Source of the DNA: a virus
Taxonomy: Duplodnaviria; Caudoviricetes
Reading direction: 5' to 3' (one strand)
IMG/VR virus record: IMGVR_UViG_3300046171_000055
Location: 1-61,102 of that record
DNA: 61,102 nucleotides
Translations under genes and position numbers: made by a program
Part shown: piece after piece, positions 26,626 to 37,536 of the stretch
Layout: every line of letters begins with the position of its first letter
Position numbering within the stretch: the stretch's first letter is position 1
The notes under the pieces: generated by a model
Databases searched by the model: none
What the model was told of the DNA's origin: nothing
Seen by the model: only the letters and a program-made list of their open reading frames with translations

Positions 26626-26739
26626 TAGCTTTGATTTTTTAAATCCATCAGTAGCGTAATAAAGTTTTACTTGTTTATCAGTAAAGACTTTACCACTTGG
26701 ACTTACATTTTTATTTTTACCTACTTTTTTAAATGGCAT
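26590..26739 (-). CDS. Small basic protein (49 aa)
   Basis: Hand-translated MPFKKVGKNKNVSPSGKVFTDKQVKLYYATDGFKKSKLSKSRRRRKKKK; starts 3 nt after the giant gene stop. Confidence 0.6.
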   Translation of the reverse strand: MPFKKVGKNKNVSPSGKVFTDKQVKLYYATDGFKKSKLSKSRRRRKKKK

Positions 26740-26742
26740 ATC

Positions 26743-29700
26743 TTACTTCTTTAATTCTTCTCTAAGTTCTCTTTTCATTTTTCTTATCTCATAATCAGGA
26801 GTACCCGGTCCATACATTTCTTTGTATAGGTCAGGGTCTATATCTCTTAACAACGACTTAGACATTCCCTTGTCTTTACTTGAACTTTTCTTTTCCTTAA
26901 TACCATATCCCGGTCTGTATGATGTACTTACACCTGTAAGGTCATACATATTTTCTTCACTAAAGTCTCCACCTAAAGCTTTAAACAATGCTAAAGGAGC
27001 ATCGAGTTGCATACCTAAAGATATTTCAAATATTGGTTGTACATAATTAAGCACGGTACCACCCTCTTCTACTTTCTTATGCATCTTATCCATCTTTCTA
27101 ATAACAGAACTAAGAGGATTAACTCCATCGCTTACAGGCTTTCTGCTACCCTCAATTTTAGAAACCAATTGTTCCATAGCAGAACCAACTAAAGGTATAC
27201 CATATATTAAGTTAAGACCTAAAGCAGCATCTCTTAATGCCTTCATTGCTCTGTCTTTCTCCTCATCATTTTTTCCGTGTAACAAAGCAGGTGCATAAGA
27301 TGCTAGTGTAAACATTACGTTTGCTGCAGAATAGTTTAGAACAAACTTTCTTAAATCAGAAGCTTTTATTTCACTTGGTTTGCCTTTAGCTATACTACTA
27401 AAAACGGCTCTACTTGATTGGCTTACGTTGTTCATCATTAGGTATAATGAACTACCGAACATAGTAAAGAACCTATTATAAAAACTTGTCTTTTGTTGGA
27501 TAGGAGATTTCTCTGTACTTCTTCTTGTCTGTTGAGTTGCATTGTATTCATTGAATAATCTTAAAGCTTCAGCATCAGTCATACCATTTTTCTTGGCTCT
27601 ATTATATAGTGCCTTATATCCTAGTACACCAAGTATATCACCTGCTACTGTAGTAAAACCTGCTGCTCTCTGAACACCCCTAGTAAATCTACCTCTTTTT
27701 GTTTGCTTTGCTCTTGCTTTCTTGAATGTTCTACCACCTGATTCAAGACCAAATATATCTCCCTCTAAACCTTTTTTGATACGAGCATCAAATGTAGCTG
27801 ACATTTCTCTAGCCTCTCTAATTTGTTTTGGTAGAGTCATTATCACTTCAGCATAGTCTCTAATAAATGTAAGCAAGTCTGCTCCCGGCATCTTGTATCC
27901 TGAATCATACTTTTCAAAAGCCTGTACAAAAGATGAAGCCTGTTTAGGAATTTGAATTAGTTTGAAAGCTAATGCAAAACCTGTAAATCTAGTTTGTAGT
28001 TTTGTAAGTAGGTTATTTGAAACTTCAGGACCTGACTCAGGATTTATAGCATAGTTTAAATTTTGTTTGAAGAGTGACGATAAACCTGATTGTTCTAATA
28101 GAGTAGCAATCTGTTCGTCTTTTAATATTTCATTCATCTCTTTAACTCCAAGAGCATAAGACTTGTACTTCTCCATTGACTTAACGTGGTCTTCCATAAC
28201 CTCACTAAACGATAAGCCAATCTCAACATCACCTGTCAAATCAGTTCTTTCTTTTAAAGCAGGTGAATATTCTGCAGTAAATATTTTATCAAACTGTCCT
28301 TGTCCAATCATCTCTGATGTTATATCACCCTTCGATAAAGTTCTAGTAGGAAAATAATTTTCTACATATCCTAGGTTTACATCATTAACTTGAGAATAAA
28401 CTTCATTAGTTTCTTCAAAGTATTTATTACTTAAGAAATCTACAACTTGGTCAACCAACTCTACATTCTCAGGACCGATAAAGTCTTTGACTGCATCCAT
28501 ATTAATCCCTTGGTCTTCAAGCTTTTTTCTTTGCACATCATTTTTACTTAGTGCGTACAACCTCATCGCTTGGTCTACATTGAGAGTTTCTGTATATACA
28601 TTTCCTGTCTTAGTGTCTATAGCCGTAAACTCTGCAGTGTCTTCGCCTAATGAGTATTTCCAATTCTCCCACGTTTTATTGTGAGTAGATTCAGTCATAG
28701 CATTCATTTTGTTTTCAGTACGTCTTACACCTTGTAGATTGTTTTCATCAAAATCATTTAATCTATTATAAAAGGTTTCACTAAACATACCCTCACTGTT
28801 TCTGTCTAACAGTCTAGTAACTGAACCAAGATGGCTTATGTTATTTTGTAAAAACTTAGCGATACCATTGTAAGATAGCTTTTGGTCTTCCATAAAATTG
28901 TTAAGGAAAGTTTTAACTCCTTTCCAAAGACCTTCACTAAACGCTTTTCTAATTCTTTGGCTTCTATTTCTTAGTGCATTTTTGCCTAAAGGTTTACCAT
29001 TCTCATCATAAAGTTCTGAGTAATCATTTGATATTTGTTCTTGGAACTTTTGTTTTTGTTCTTCAATTTTTTGTCTTCTTAATTCTCTCCTGTTATTTAG
29101 TCTAGCAATGGACTCACCTCGTGTAGTTTTTACATCTTCAAATAATTCCTCCACTTGTTCTAGTTCCATACTAAGAACATCAGCGAATGAATCCAACGCA
29201 AGTCTTCTGTCAATTAACTGTTGTTCTTTAGTTGTAAGATTTATATTATTCGCAACCTTTGTTTCTATTGCAGACATAACATTAGGAGTTACAGTAGATT
29301 CAAGTTCACTTAAAGCTTCTGTATTATTTTCTTTTACTGCTTTTAAAACTCTGTTTACTTCAGCAAAATAAGCCTGACCTGCAGCATCTAAACCTGAAGA
29401 CCTTCTCTTACCTGATGTAGTCTTTTTTGTTTTAGATTTCTTTTTAACCAAATTAATTATCTTATCTATCAATTGATTCTTGATAACACCCCTTTGCTTT
29501 TCAACTTCAGTTAAAACCTCTGATATTTTACCATCAAAGTTTTTAGGATTAGTTTCGTTAACGACTTTTAAAAGTTTGTTTACTGAACGGTTATTATAAT
29601 TTTTAGACTTAGGTAAAAGTTTTCTTATAATCATTCTCATTCTACGTTGAGCATCAGTAATATTATCTTCACTGATTCTTCTCTGACGTAAGTTGTTTCT

Positions 29701-32700
29701 GATGTCAGCTATTTCTCTTCTTACATTTGGATTGGCTCTAATACCAAGTACTCTATCAAACGCATTCTCTAGTTCAAGTTGAGTTTGTTCAGGTTGTACT
29801 TTATATATAGGGTTTTCTCTAAGCAAGTCTAATGCTTTCTGTCTTATCTCGGCAAATGATTTAGTCCTTACACCTGTTTTACCTTTACCACCTCTAGGTC
29901 CTTGAATAGCAAAAGCATTTACTGCATCTCTAGTTTCAGTAAATAATCTTTGACCTACAATGGCACCACCTTCAACATTACCAAACTCTCTTGGCATAGG
30001 TTTTAATAAATCAAGTTGAACTGTTAGTGCATTAGTTATATCCTTTGGTTTGAATCCTCTGTTTTTTAGTACCACTCTAATAGATTCATCACTAAATCCT
30101 TCTCTTCTTCCTTGTTCTACAATACTATCAATAGACAAGCCTGTGCTAAAAGCAGCATCAGGGTTCTTTAGCATCTTCATTTGCTTGTCGGTCATCTTAA
30201 TTTCTTGACCTGCAAAAATATCAGCAAGTGCTACACCTAAGAATTTGTCAAGTGACAAGTCTTGAATTTCCTCTGCACTAAGGTCGGCTGACCTAGTTGA
30301 AAAGTTGTTCTTGATATAATTCCACATACCAAGAAGCCACTCTTGAAACTTAGCTTTCAATGATGCGTTAGCTATGGTCTCACCTTTGTTACCAATAAGT
30401 ATAGCCATTGCTTCGTTAGTAGCTTTCTCTACATCCCCGTCAAATCTTTTTAGTTGTTCTTTAAAGGTGTCAGTTTCCTGCACTAATTCTGCACCTTTTT
30501 CATATACCTTTCTACCTTGTTCAGTAGTTTTTAAGTAGTCGGTCCAAACGTGACCCATCTCGTGAATTGCAGTATTGAACAACTGTGATTCAGAGTTATG
30601 AACCTCAGGGTTAATATAAATATCCCCGTCTACAGTAACACCATAAACAACCTCATCACCTTTTAGATATACTCTTACATTATCTGATGCTAGTATATTA
30701 TTAAATGTGTCTGTATCAGAATTAATTACTACACCCGGAAATGCAATATTCATAAATGAGTTTAGTTTATCTACATTGCTTGGACTTTCATTAGATATAA
30801 TACCTACATAATCAAATGAAGGTATACCAATACCAAAACCTAATTGTTGTGCTCTTAATGTGTTTATTTGACTCGGTTTGCTTTCCGGTGTAATTGTTTC
30901 TTCTTTCTCAATAAGCTTGGCAAATACTTTTTGATAAGCTTTTGGATATACCGTTTCCATTCTTTGTGGATTTTCAAGTATACCAATTGACCTTCCTCTC
31001 ACACCATACTTATAATTAGGGTGTGTTGTTTCTACTATACCGGGATTCAATACATCTACACCAACAACAGAAACAACATTACCACCGGGTACATCCCTTA
31101 GTTGTGGGTCAGTAACTACATCTGTAATCATACTAATGTTTATTAGATTGGTATTAGGTAGTCCTTTTAATAGTGTAGTTGGAACTGCCTTAGTTGTAGG
31201 TGTAACTTTTTGATTAGTTCTTTTAGACTTTTGTAAAGGCTTGTTAGCTTTACTTGTTGTCATCAGCTTTACTAAATGACTACGCACAGGAAGTGGTAGT
31301 TTTTGAATTACATCATTAGCTAATAGTTGGTCTACGCTAGTTGGATTTAATTCTTCTATTGTTTCTAATAATTGTTTGTACTCACCCAAGTCTTTTGGTG
31401 GTTTTGCTTTAGTTTCTAGGAAATCAATATTTTTTTGAATAGCTTCTTTTAATACAGGTACTGCAGCCTTTCTATTCTTTAATGGAATCTTCTGCATATT
31501 ATCTAACAAGACTCGTATTACTGCTTCATTAGAAACCATAGCTTGTTCTCCCATCTTCACAATGTTCATAGGAACAAGACCATTCATCTCAGGATTCTTT
31601 GCCCAAAACTCATCAAATAAATTTTTATTATTTTGATATACTTGGTCTGCTTTATTTACAATAGACTGTGCTTCTTTCTCCGTGACGTTTGCCCAAGCTG
31701 CTTGTTCATTACCAACAGTTCCATTAAAACCAATGGCACCTTTTAGGTTATCTATAGTTGTATTGGTTTGTGGATTAACAACTGTACCTGTAGTAAGTTG
31801 GTCTGTAATACTAAATATAGTAGGAAGACCTTTTATTACTTCAAGCTTAGTAACTTTTAAATTATTATCTGTTCTTGTGTTAAGTTCTTCAACATCAATC
31901 TTAGATGTTCCTTCTTGGCTTTCTACAGTGGTATCTACGTTTGGAGATTCTATTTCATTAATCTCTGTAGTAATTTCAATCTCATCAGGACCAATATTAT
32001 CTGTGTTGTTTTCGTTGGTTGTTTCTAATTTAAAATCTACTTTAGGTTTTGTTCCTGATTCTTTTTCTTGAAGAGATTGTTCTAGGTCAGTTACTTCCTG
32101 TACTGCTGCATCATTATTGGTAACTGCTTCTTCAGTTTCGAGTGTCTTCAAAGACACTCCATCTTCTGCAGTTTGTTCTTGTATTTGAGTAGGAGTTTCT
32201 ACTGAAGGTGTTGTAGTTTCTGTTGTAGGTGTAGTGGTTTCAGTAACCTCACCTTGTTCTACTGTTACATTTCCATCAGATGCTGCTTGTGCAACTGCTT
32301 GTGCAGGTGCAACTTTAGCTTCAACTAATTTGTTTGCTACCATTTGAGAAACCTCATCATCATTTTCAATGGATGCATTTAGTCTACCTATATTTTTCGG
32401 GTCTAAACCATTTATATATTTTACAAACTCATCTTTGCTTACCTCTGTAAACTGACCAAGCTTTCCTCTAAATCCTTTTCTTATTTTGTAGGTAGGTTTT
32501 CCTGCTCTCAAATCTGTTCCTGTAGCTTGTTCTTGAACAGATAGCACACCTGTACCTGCTAACAGTGTTTGTTGCTCAGGTGTTCTTAATTCTTTTGTGG
32601 TCAGTATTTCTGACAACTCTGTATTTATTTCTTTAATCTTTGGTCCAAAAACTTCTTTTCTATTTTGTGAAGATGACAATTCGTTTTTAGCAGAAAGGAG

Positions 32701-35511
32701 TGTCATTACTCTTTGTTCTAAAGCCAAAGCATTTTTACCTTTAAATCTTTGACCAAACTTTCCTGTCTTTAAAAGTTCTCTTGCAGTCTTTCTATATCCT
32801 ACATTTTCTTGGATAGATTGATTTGTTTGAGCATCAATCTTACCAAGCTTTTCCATATTGTTTGCCCAAGCAGAAATCTTTGAATCGCTTGACAATTCTT
32901 TAGACATAAAGTTTATGTTGGATAAGTTGGTTGCTAACTCTAAATCATTTTTTGCTCTTACTTCAAGTGCTAAGTTAATAGCCATATTAGAAGTATTGTT
33001 TCCAATACCACCCCCCATTTCAGCAACAATTTCTTTCCAATTTAAATCATCACCAACATTCATTTGTGCAAGATATTCTCCTGTACCTTCACCAATAGGG
33101 TCAGCTATTAATCTTTCTGCAGTAAGTGCTGCTACTCTTTTACCTCTACTAGCAATCGAACCTGTTCTAAAAAGATTACCTGCTAGTTTTGCAGTAATTA
33201 AATCTACAACTGCAATCGGAACACCTCTTTTTAAACCACGTTCTTTTCCTTCTGCCCAAACATTTTCATCTGATAATGCTGCTGCAACTGATTCAGGGTC
33301 TGTAATATTATAACCTTGACTACTTATAGCATCAATAACTGCATTGGTATATTCCATAGCTATACTTGTAGCTGCAAACCCTGTTCTAAATCCCCACGTT
33401 GCACCTGCTGCAGTACCTGCACCGGGAACAAAACTACCTACTGCTGCACCACCTGCCGTTGAACTAGCTATAATCTTAGAACCATAAGGTAGCATCATTG
33501 ATAAACTTTGACCTGCCAAAGTTGTTGCCCACTCAAAAGGATTATCAGATATAACATCCCAAGTCTCGTCAAAACCATTAGCTTTCTGCCATCTAGACAA
33601 TACTCTTGATTTTGTATTAGACCTATCTTGTAAATAATCTACTATTTTTTTAGCAGCTTTTTTAGTTGACTCAGGGTCATCTAAATCATATCCACCTAAT
33701 AGTTCAGGGAACATAGATGCCATTAATATAATATCACCTGCCTTACCTCTATTTAATCCGTTATTCCATTCATCTAAAAACCCATTCCAATTTTCTGAGT
33801 ACTCCATCTGAGACATCTTATCGTGCTTCATATCATAATAAAGCTTGGCATTCTGATATACATCAGCAGCTTTTTCAGATTCAGATAAAGCCACAACATA
33901 TCTTTCTTGTAGTCTGTTTATGTTAAACGCATCTTGTTCGTCTGTTGGCACAATAGTTCTAAGGTCATTAGCTTTTACACCATAACTTAGTAATGATTGT
34001 TTTTCTATTTCATCTTGTACTATTCTTGCATCATTGTTTACACGGATGGCATTACCAATATCTCTTTGGTATCTCTTATTTAAGTATAAATCAAAATCTT
34101 CTCTTGCTAGTTCGGATTCATCATTAAGATAATCGTCTTTTAATTCTTCGTGAATAGCTAAAGTTTCATCATATATATCTTTATAATCTTGACGAAGCTT
34201 ACCATTTACATATAGTTGAGCATATTTTTCTTGGTCTTCAGGTGCTAAATCTTTAAGCCTAAAAAGAGGTCCTCTTTCTAAGTAATCCATTAAGGATTTA
34301 TTTTCCTCGTACCTTTGAACTATGTCTGTTTCCTTGTCATAACTTAATCCTCTCTCTTGAAAAAATTGTTTAGCTTCAGCATCGTGAGTGTTAACTTCTT
34401 TCCAAGAACCTTCAGCAAAAGCCTGTGCCTCTTCTTCAGTTTCAAATTCAAATATTTCTCCTCGTTCTTGTGCTTTAGCTAAAGCCTCTTCAAAAGGCAA
34501 CTCTTCCCAATATCTAGAATTGGATGTATACTTGTTAGGGTCAATAGGAAATAGTGTTGGTACTACTACCTGTTTGCCATCTACTTCACCCGATGCAAAT
34601 AAAACTGTAGATATAGTTCCGTCTTCATTTTCTCTACCTACCTCTCTTAAATTTTTAGCTTTTAAAGATTGAGTAACTTTATCTGTTATATTAGATTCAC
34701 CGGAAAGGTCGGCAGATAAATTATTCTTAATAAAATTTTTCAGCCTTTTTGATTCAGCTATCTCAGTGCCTGATGTAAAAGGGTCTAGGTCAATAGTAAC
34801 ACTAGTGCTACCATCAGGAGCAGTAACAATTACTGCATCACCTATTCCTGTTTCTTCAAACACAAAACCATACTTAGCAAAGTTGTCTCTCAAAAAAGGA
34901 ACAACCTCTTCTTCTGCTTTGGCTATAAGATTTTTATCAATCTTAGAAATATCAGAAGCAAACACTTCACTTGATTGAATACCAATTAACTTAGCAGCAT
35001 CTAACTCTTGTCGTTGCTGCTCTGCTAACTGCTCAATCTGTTGTTGTCTTTCTAAATCAGGCTGCTCAGACTTCATAATAGAGTCTGTGTATTCAGCATC
35101 AGCAAATGTTTGTTTTATGCCTCTATCTATTTGCTCTTGAGTTGGATACATACCCATACTCATTGGGTCTCTGTAACCGTCTTCTCTAGTATCTTGAGGG
35201 TTTATTTTGTTTGGGTCGTAGTTAGCAAAGAAAGTTTCTGCATCAAATTCTGATGATGCCGAAGAACCATCTTCCGAAGACAAACCCATACTTCCTTGAG
35301 GTTGGTCTTTTTTTTTTAATGGGTTAACTACACCCATCAGCTTTGCGAAATCTTCATCACTACCCTTATAACCGGTGCTAGTAAAAGCACCATAACCGTC
35401 ACTGAAAGCATTAGGGTTTGTTTGAAGTAAAACCTTGAAATCAGCTTTAGAGCCTCTGTATCCTGTGTTTACAAACTCTTTATATAAATCGTCAAATGCT
35501 TGTTCGTTCAT
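26743..35511 (-). CDS. Giant internal virion/ejection protein (polyvalent-type) with a zincin HExxH domain
   Basis: 2922 aa, last of three ejection-locus genes; GDIYINP...TAIHEMGHVW at ~30550; G/A-rich hydrophobic segment; helical C-terminal region. Confidence 0.75.
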   Translation of the reverse strand: MNEQAFDDLYKEFVNTGYRGSKADFKVLLQTNPNAFSDGYGAFTSTGYKGSDEDFAKLMGVVNPLKKKDQPQGSMGLSSEDGSSASSEFDAETFFANYDPNKINPQDTREDGYRDPMSMGMYPTQEQIDRGIKQTFADAEYTDSIMKSEQPDLERQQQIEQLAEQQRQELDAAKLIGIQSSEVFASDISKIDKNLIAKAEEEVVPFLRDNFAKYGFVFEETGIGDAVIVTAPDGSTSVTIDLDPFTSGTEIAESKRLKNFIKNNLSADLSGESNITDKVTQSLKAKNLREVGRENEDGTISTVLFASGEVDGKQVVVPTLFPIDPNKYTSNSRYWEELPFEEALAKAQERGEIFEFETEEEAQAFAEGSWKEVNTHDAEAKQFFQERGLSYDKETDIVQRYEENKSLMDYLERGPLFRLKDLAPEDQEKYAQLYVNGKLRQDYKDIYDETLAIHEELKDDYLNDESELAREDFDLYLNKRYQRDIGNAIRVNNDARIVQDEIEKQSLLSYGVKANDLRTIVPTDEQDAFNINRLQERYVVALSESEKAADVYQNAKLYYDMKHDKMSQMEYSENWNGFLDEWNNGLNRGKAGDIILMASMFPELLGGYDLDDPESTKKAAKKIVDYLQDRSNTKSRVLSRWQKANGFDETWDVISDNPFEWATTLAGQSLSMMLPYGSKIIASSTAGGAAVGSFVPGAGTAAGATWGFRTGFAATSIAMEYTNAVIDAISSQGYNITDPESVAAALSDENVWAEGKERGLKRGVPIAVVDLITAKLAGNLFRTGSIASRGKRVAALTAERLIADPIGEGTGEYLAQMNVGDDLNWKEIVAEMGGGIGNNTSNMAINLALEVRAKNDLELATNLSNINFMSKELSSDSKISAWANNMEKLGKIDAQTNQSIQENVGYRKTARELLKTGKFGQRFKGKNALALEQRVMTLLSAKNELSSSQNRKEVFGPKIKEINTELSEILTTKELRTPEQQTLLAGTGVLSVQEQATGTDLRAGKPTYKIRKGFRGKLGQFTEVSKDEFVKYINGLDPKNIGRLNASIENDDEVSQMVANKLVEAKVAPAQAVAQAASDGNVTVEQGEVTETTTPTTETTTPSVETPTQIQEQTAEDGVSLKTLETEEAVTNNDAAVQEVTDLEQSLQEKESGTKPKVDFKLETTNENNTDNIGPDEIEITTEINEIESPNVDTTVESQEGTSKIDVEELNTRTDNNLKVTKLEVIKGLPTIFSITDQLTTGTVVNPQTNTTIDNLKGAIGFNGTVGNEQAAWANVTEKEAQSIVNKADQVYQNNKNLFDEFWAKNPEMNGLVPMNIVKMGEQAMVSNEAVIRVLLDNMQKIPLKNRKAAVPVLKEAIQKNIDFLETKAKPPKDLGEYKQLLETIEELNPTSVDQLLANDVIQKLPLPVRSHLVKLMTTSKANKPLQKSKRTNQKVTPTTKAVPTTLLKGLPNTNLINISMITDVVTDPQLRDVPGGNVVSVVGVDVLNPGIVETTHPNYKYGVRGRSIGILENPQRMETVYPKAYQKVFAKLIEKEETITPESKPSQINTLRAQQLGFGIGIPSFDYVGIISNESPSNVDKLNSFMNIAFPGVVINSDTDTFNNILASDNVRVYLKGDEVVYGVTVDGDIYINPEVHNSESQLFNTAIHEMGHVWTDYLKTTEQGRKVYEKGAELVQETDTFKEQLKRFDGDVEKATNEAMAILIGNKGETIANASLKAKFQEWLLGMWNYIKNNFSTRSADLSAEEIQDLSLDKFLGVALADIFAGQEIKMTDKQMKMLKNPDAAFSTGLSIDSIVEQGRREGFSDESIRVVLKNRGFKPKDITNALTVQLDLLKPMPREFGNVEGGAIVGQRLFTETRDAVNAFAIQGPRGGKGKTGVRTKSFAEIRQKALDLLRENPIYKVQPEQTQLELENAFDRVLGIRANPNVRREIADIRNNLRQRRISEDNITDAQRRMRMIIRKLLPKSKNYNNRSVNKLLKVVNETNPKNFDGKISEVLTEVEKQRGVIKNQLIDKIINLVKKKSKTKKTTSGKRRSSGLDAAGQAYFAEVNRVLKAVKENNTEALSELESTVTPNVMSAIETKVANNINLTTKEQQLIDRRLALDSFADVLSMELEQVEELFEDVKTTRGESIARLNNRRELRRQKIEEQKQKFQEQISNDYSELYDENGKPLGKNALRNRSQRIRKAFSEGLWKGVKTFLNNFMEDQKLSYNGIAKFLQNNISHLGSVTRLLDRNSEGMFSETFYNRLNDFDENNLQGVRRTENKMNAMTESTHNKTWENWKYSLGEDTAEFTAIDTKTGNVYTETLNVDQAMRLYALSKNDVQRKKLEDQGINMDAVKDFIGPENVELVDQVVDFLSNKYFEETNEVYSQVNDVNLGYVENYFPTRTLSKGDITSEMIGQGQFDKIFTAEYSPALKERTDLTGDVEIGLSFSEVMEDHVKSMEKYKSYALGVKEMNEILKDEQIATLLEQSGLSSLFKQNLNYAINPESGPEVSNNLLTKLQTRFTGFALAFKLIQIPKQASSFVQAFEKYDSGYKMPGADLLTFIRDYAEVIMTLPKQIREAREMSATFDARIKKGLEGDIFGLESGGRTFKKARAKQTKRGRFTRGVQRAAGFTTVAGDILGVLGYKALYNRAKKNGMTDAEALRLFNEYNATQQTRRSTEKSPIQQKTSFYNRFFTMFGSSLYLMMNNVSQSSRAVFSSIAKGKPSEIKASDLRKFVLNYSAANVMFTLASYAPALLHGKNDEEKDRAMKALRDAALGLNLIYGIPLVGSAMEQLVSKIEGSRKPVSDGVNPLSSVIRKMDKMHKKVEEGGTVLNYVQPIFEISLGMQLDAPLALFKALGGDFSEENMYDLTGVSTSYRPGYGIKEKKSSSKDKGMSKSLLRDIDPDLYKEMYGPGTPDYEIRKMKRELREELKK
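32142..32157. repeat. 16-bp palindrome copy 11
   Basis: GAGTGTCTTCAAAGACACTC in a low-complexity linker of the giant protein (VSLKT). Confidence 0.95.
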
Positions 35512-35516
35512 CCTTC

Positions 35517-37526
35517 TTAATTATAATTTGCACCGTTAACTCCACCACTTGTGTTACCTCCTTGTGGGGTATTGGTATTATTACTTCTTAGGGTAGTTCT
35601 ATTTGCTTTAGTACTTGTACCTCTCTTACCTTGTGTAACTAACAACTTATCATCTTGACTAGCCGTAGCAGAAACTGCTTGAATTATCTCATCTATAGCC
35701 GTAGCCTCGTCAAAATTGTCATCACTCATTAGAACCGTATATAAAACCTTACCATCAGCATCTTGTATTTGTAAACTATTTCTTGTGTTGCTATCATTAA
35801 CTACCTGCAGACCTTTTTGTGCTCCCGGTATTTGAGCAATTAATGACTGTACTTTTGGAAGTACTGCTTCATCATCAGTACTAATAAATACCTCGTTAGC
35901 TTTAACATCCTTAGTAGCCTCTGCAACTACTGCTTCGTATGCTTCAGGAATTGATTGTGTTTCTTCTTCTGTAGTTGTAATAAATCCTCTACTTGTAGAG
36001 TTAAATGGTTTATTATAATCTACTCCTGATTTTTTAGACACATCATTTATGTCTTTAATCTTGTCATCTTCACCTAAGAAGAAATTAGCTGAACCTTCTA
36101 CCCATCCTTGTTGACCTAATGTAGTACCATCTGTACCGGTAAAGTCCATAGGTTGTGTTGTGCCATCTTTAAATCTAATTATCGCACCTTGTCCATCTCT
36201 TTCAATATCAGTAATATTACCATTAATAGATTTCAAATATTTAACTGCTTCGTCAACTTGAGCATCATCACCGTAGTAAAGCTTCGCAACATTACTCATA
36301 ACATTCTTTTGAACCTTAAGCCTGTCTAATCTCTCATTCTCATCTTGAGTAGGTGGTCTAGCTTCTTTTTTCATTTGCTTAGTATCCACAGTGTTCTCAA
36401 TATCTAATTGGATATTAGACTGCGTAATTAAAGACCTTTCAGCGTTGTTTCTTTGTACATCTGTAAGTTCAGAGGTAACTCTACCGTTCTCTTCTTTTAA
36501 AAATATAATATGCTCAGTTCCGTCTTTTCTTTTACCGTTAGCATCAAAAACTTCACTCTTATCAAATGTAGTTTTATATTGTTCCCCGTCTTCAGTAAAC
36601 TTATTAAAGTCCATTAATACGGATGCACCTGAAAAATCTCCACTTGCTAATTGACTTTGTGCCCATTTAGTTTGTGCTTCTTGGAACGTGCTGAATGCCT
36701 GTAAGTCAGCAACCTCTACACCAAGTTCAAGTGCCAATGCTTGTTTATCTGCATCACTCATTTCATTTATACCACCATCTCTATTACGAATGTCTGATAT
36801 TTTTTGTATCTGACCTGCAGATAATGTAGTACCCATACTTGTTACTTTTGACACCACATCTTTACCTAAGGTATCTGTCCACTGTTGTGCATTAGCAACT
36901 ACATCAAACTTAGTTATGTTTGTTTTTATTCTGTTTCTAAGATTTGCTACAGAAACAAGTTGATTTGGGTCAGGAACTAAAATACCATCTGCATTTCTAA
37001 CCATTTTTGACATCATAACCCTACCTGTATTAGGGTCAATATTTAACTCAGCTTGATTAAAATTAGCAAACCCTTCAGCGTTAGCCATTATCTGTACATC
37101 AATTTCAGAAAGTTGCTCACCAACAGGTAAGTCTGCTCTCATCATTTCCATTTTCTTAGAGTACTCGTCATTATAATCTTGCATCAAATTAAAACCAATG
37201 TCAGTACCATCAGTAAGGTTTTGCCTCATTATGGTATATTGTTTTGGATTTAATTGTCCTGACTTTAACAACTGTTCTTGCATCAACATTTGTTGTTGAA
37301 CTTTGTCGGCATAGCCTAAAGCAAATTCATTAAGTTCTCTGTTTTCTCCTTGAGGAACATTGTTTAGAATTTCATTAAATTCTCTTGTAGCTGCATCTAT
37401 TGAAGATTTTTTCTCCTCACGAACACGAACTTCTTCTTGTAGCATATTGGAAAAATTCTTTCCAACTTCTGCCCAATTAATATTGTCTTCTGCTTTTCTT
37501 TCAACGTATTTATATGCTGTTGCCAT
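35517..37526 (-). CDS. Putative ejection/internal virion protein
   Basis: 669 aa helical Q/E/N-rich protein; position upstream of the giant gene. Confidence 0.6.
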   Translation of the reverse strand: MATAYKYVERKAEDNINWAEVGKNFSNMLQEEVRVREEKKSSIDAATREFNEILNNVPQGENRELNEFALGYADKVQQQMLMQEQLLKSGQLNPKQYTIMRQNLTDGTDIGFNLMQDYNDEYSKKMEMMRADLPVGEQLSEIDVQIMANAEGFANFNQAELNIDPNTGRVMMSKMVRNADGILVPDPNQLVSVANLRNRIKTNITKFDVVANAQQWTDTLGKDVVSKVTSMGTTLSAGQIQKISDIRNRDGGINEMSDADKQALALELGVEVADLQAFSTFQEAQTKWAQSQLASGDFSGASVLMDFNKFTEDGEQYKTTFDKSEVFDANGKRKDGTEHIIFLKEENGRVTSELTDVQRNNAERSLITQSNIQLDIENTVDTKQMKKEARPPTQDENERLDRLKVQKNVMSNVAKLYYGDDAQVDEAVKYLKSINGNITDIERDGQGAIIRFKDGTTQPMDFTGTDGTTLGQQGWVEGSANFFLGEDDKIKDINDVSKKSGVDYNKPFNSTSRGFITTTEEETQSIPEAYEAVVAEATKDVKANEVFISTDDEAVLPKVQSLIAQIPGAQKGLQVVNDSNTRNSLQIQDADGKVLYTVLMSDDNFDEATAIDEIIQAVSATASQDDKLLVTQGKRGTSTKANRTTLRSNNTNTPQGGNTSGGVNGANYN

Positions 37527-37536
37527 TCTTTATTTT

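Noticed and set aside
26743-35511. Giant protein as a crAss-like or N4-like virion RNA polymerase
   Set aside because: No recognisable catalytic motif, and host-type TAnnTTTG promoters occur in both arms.
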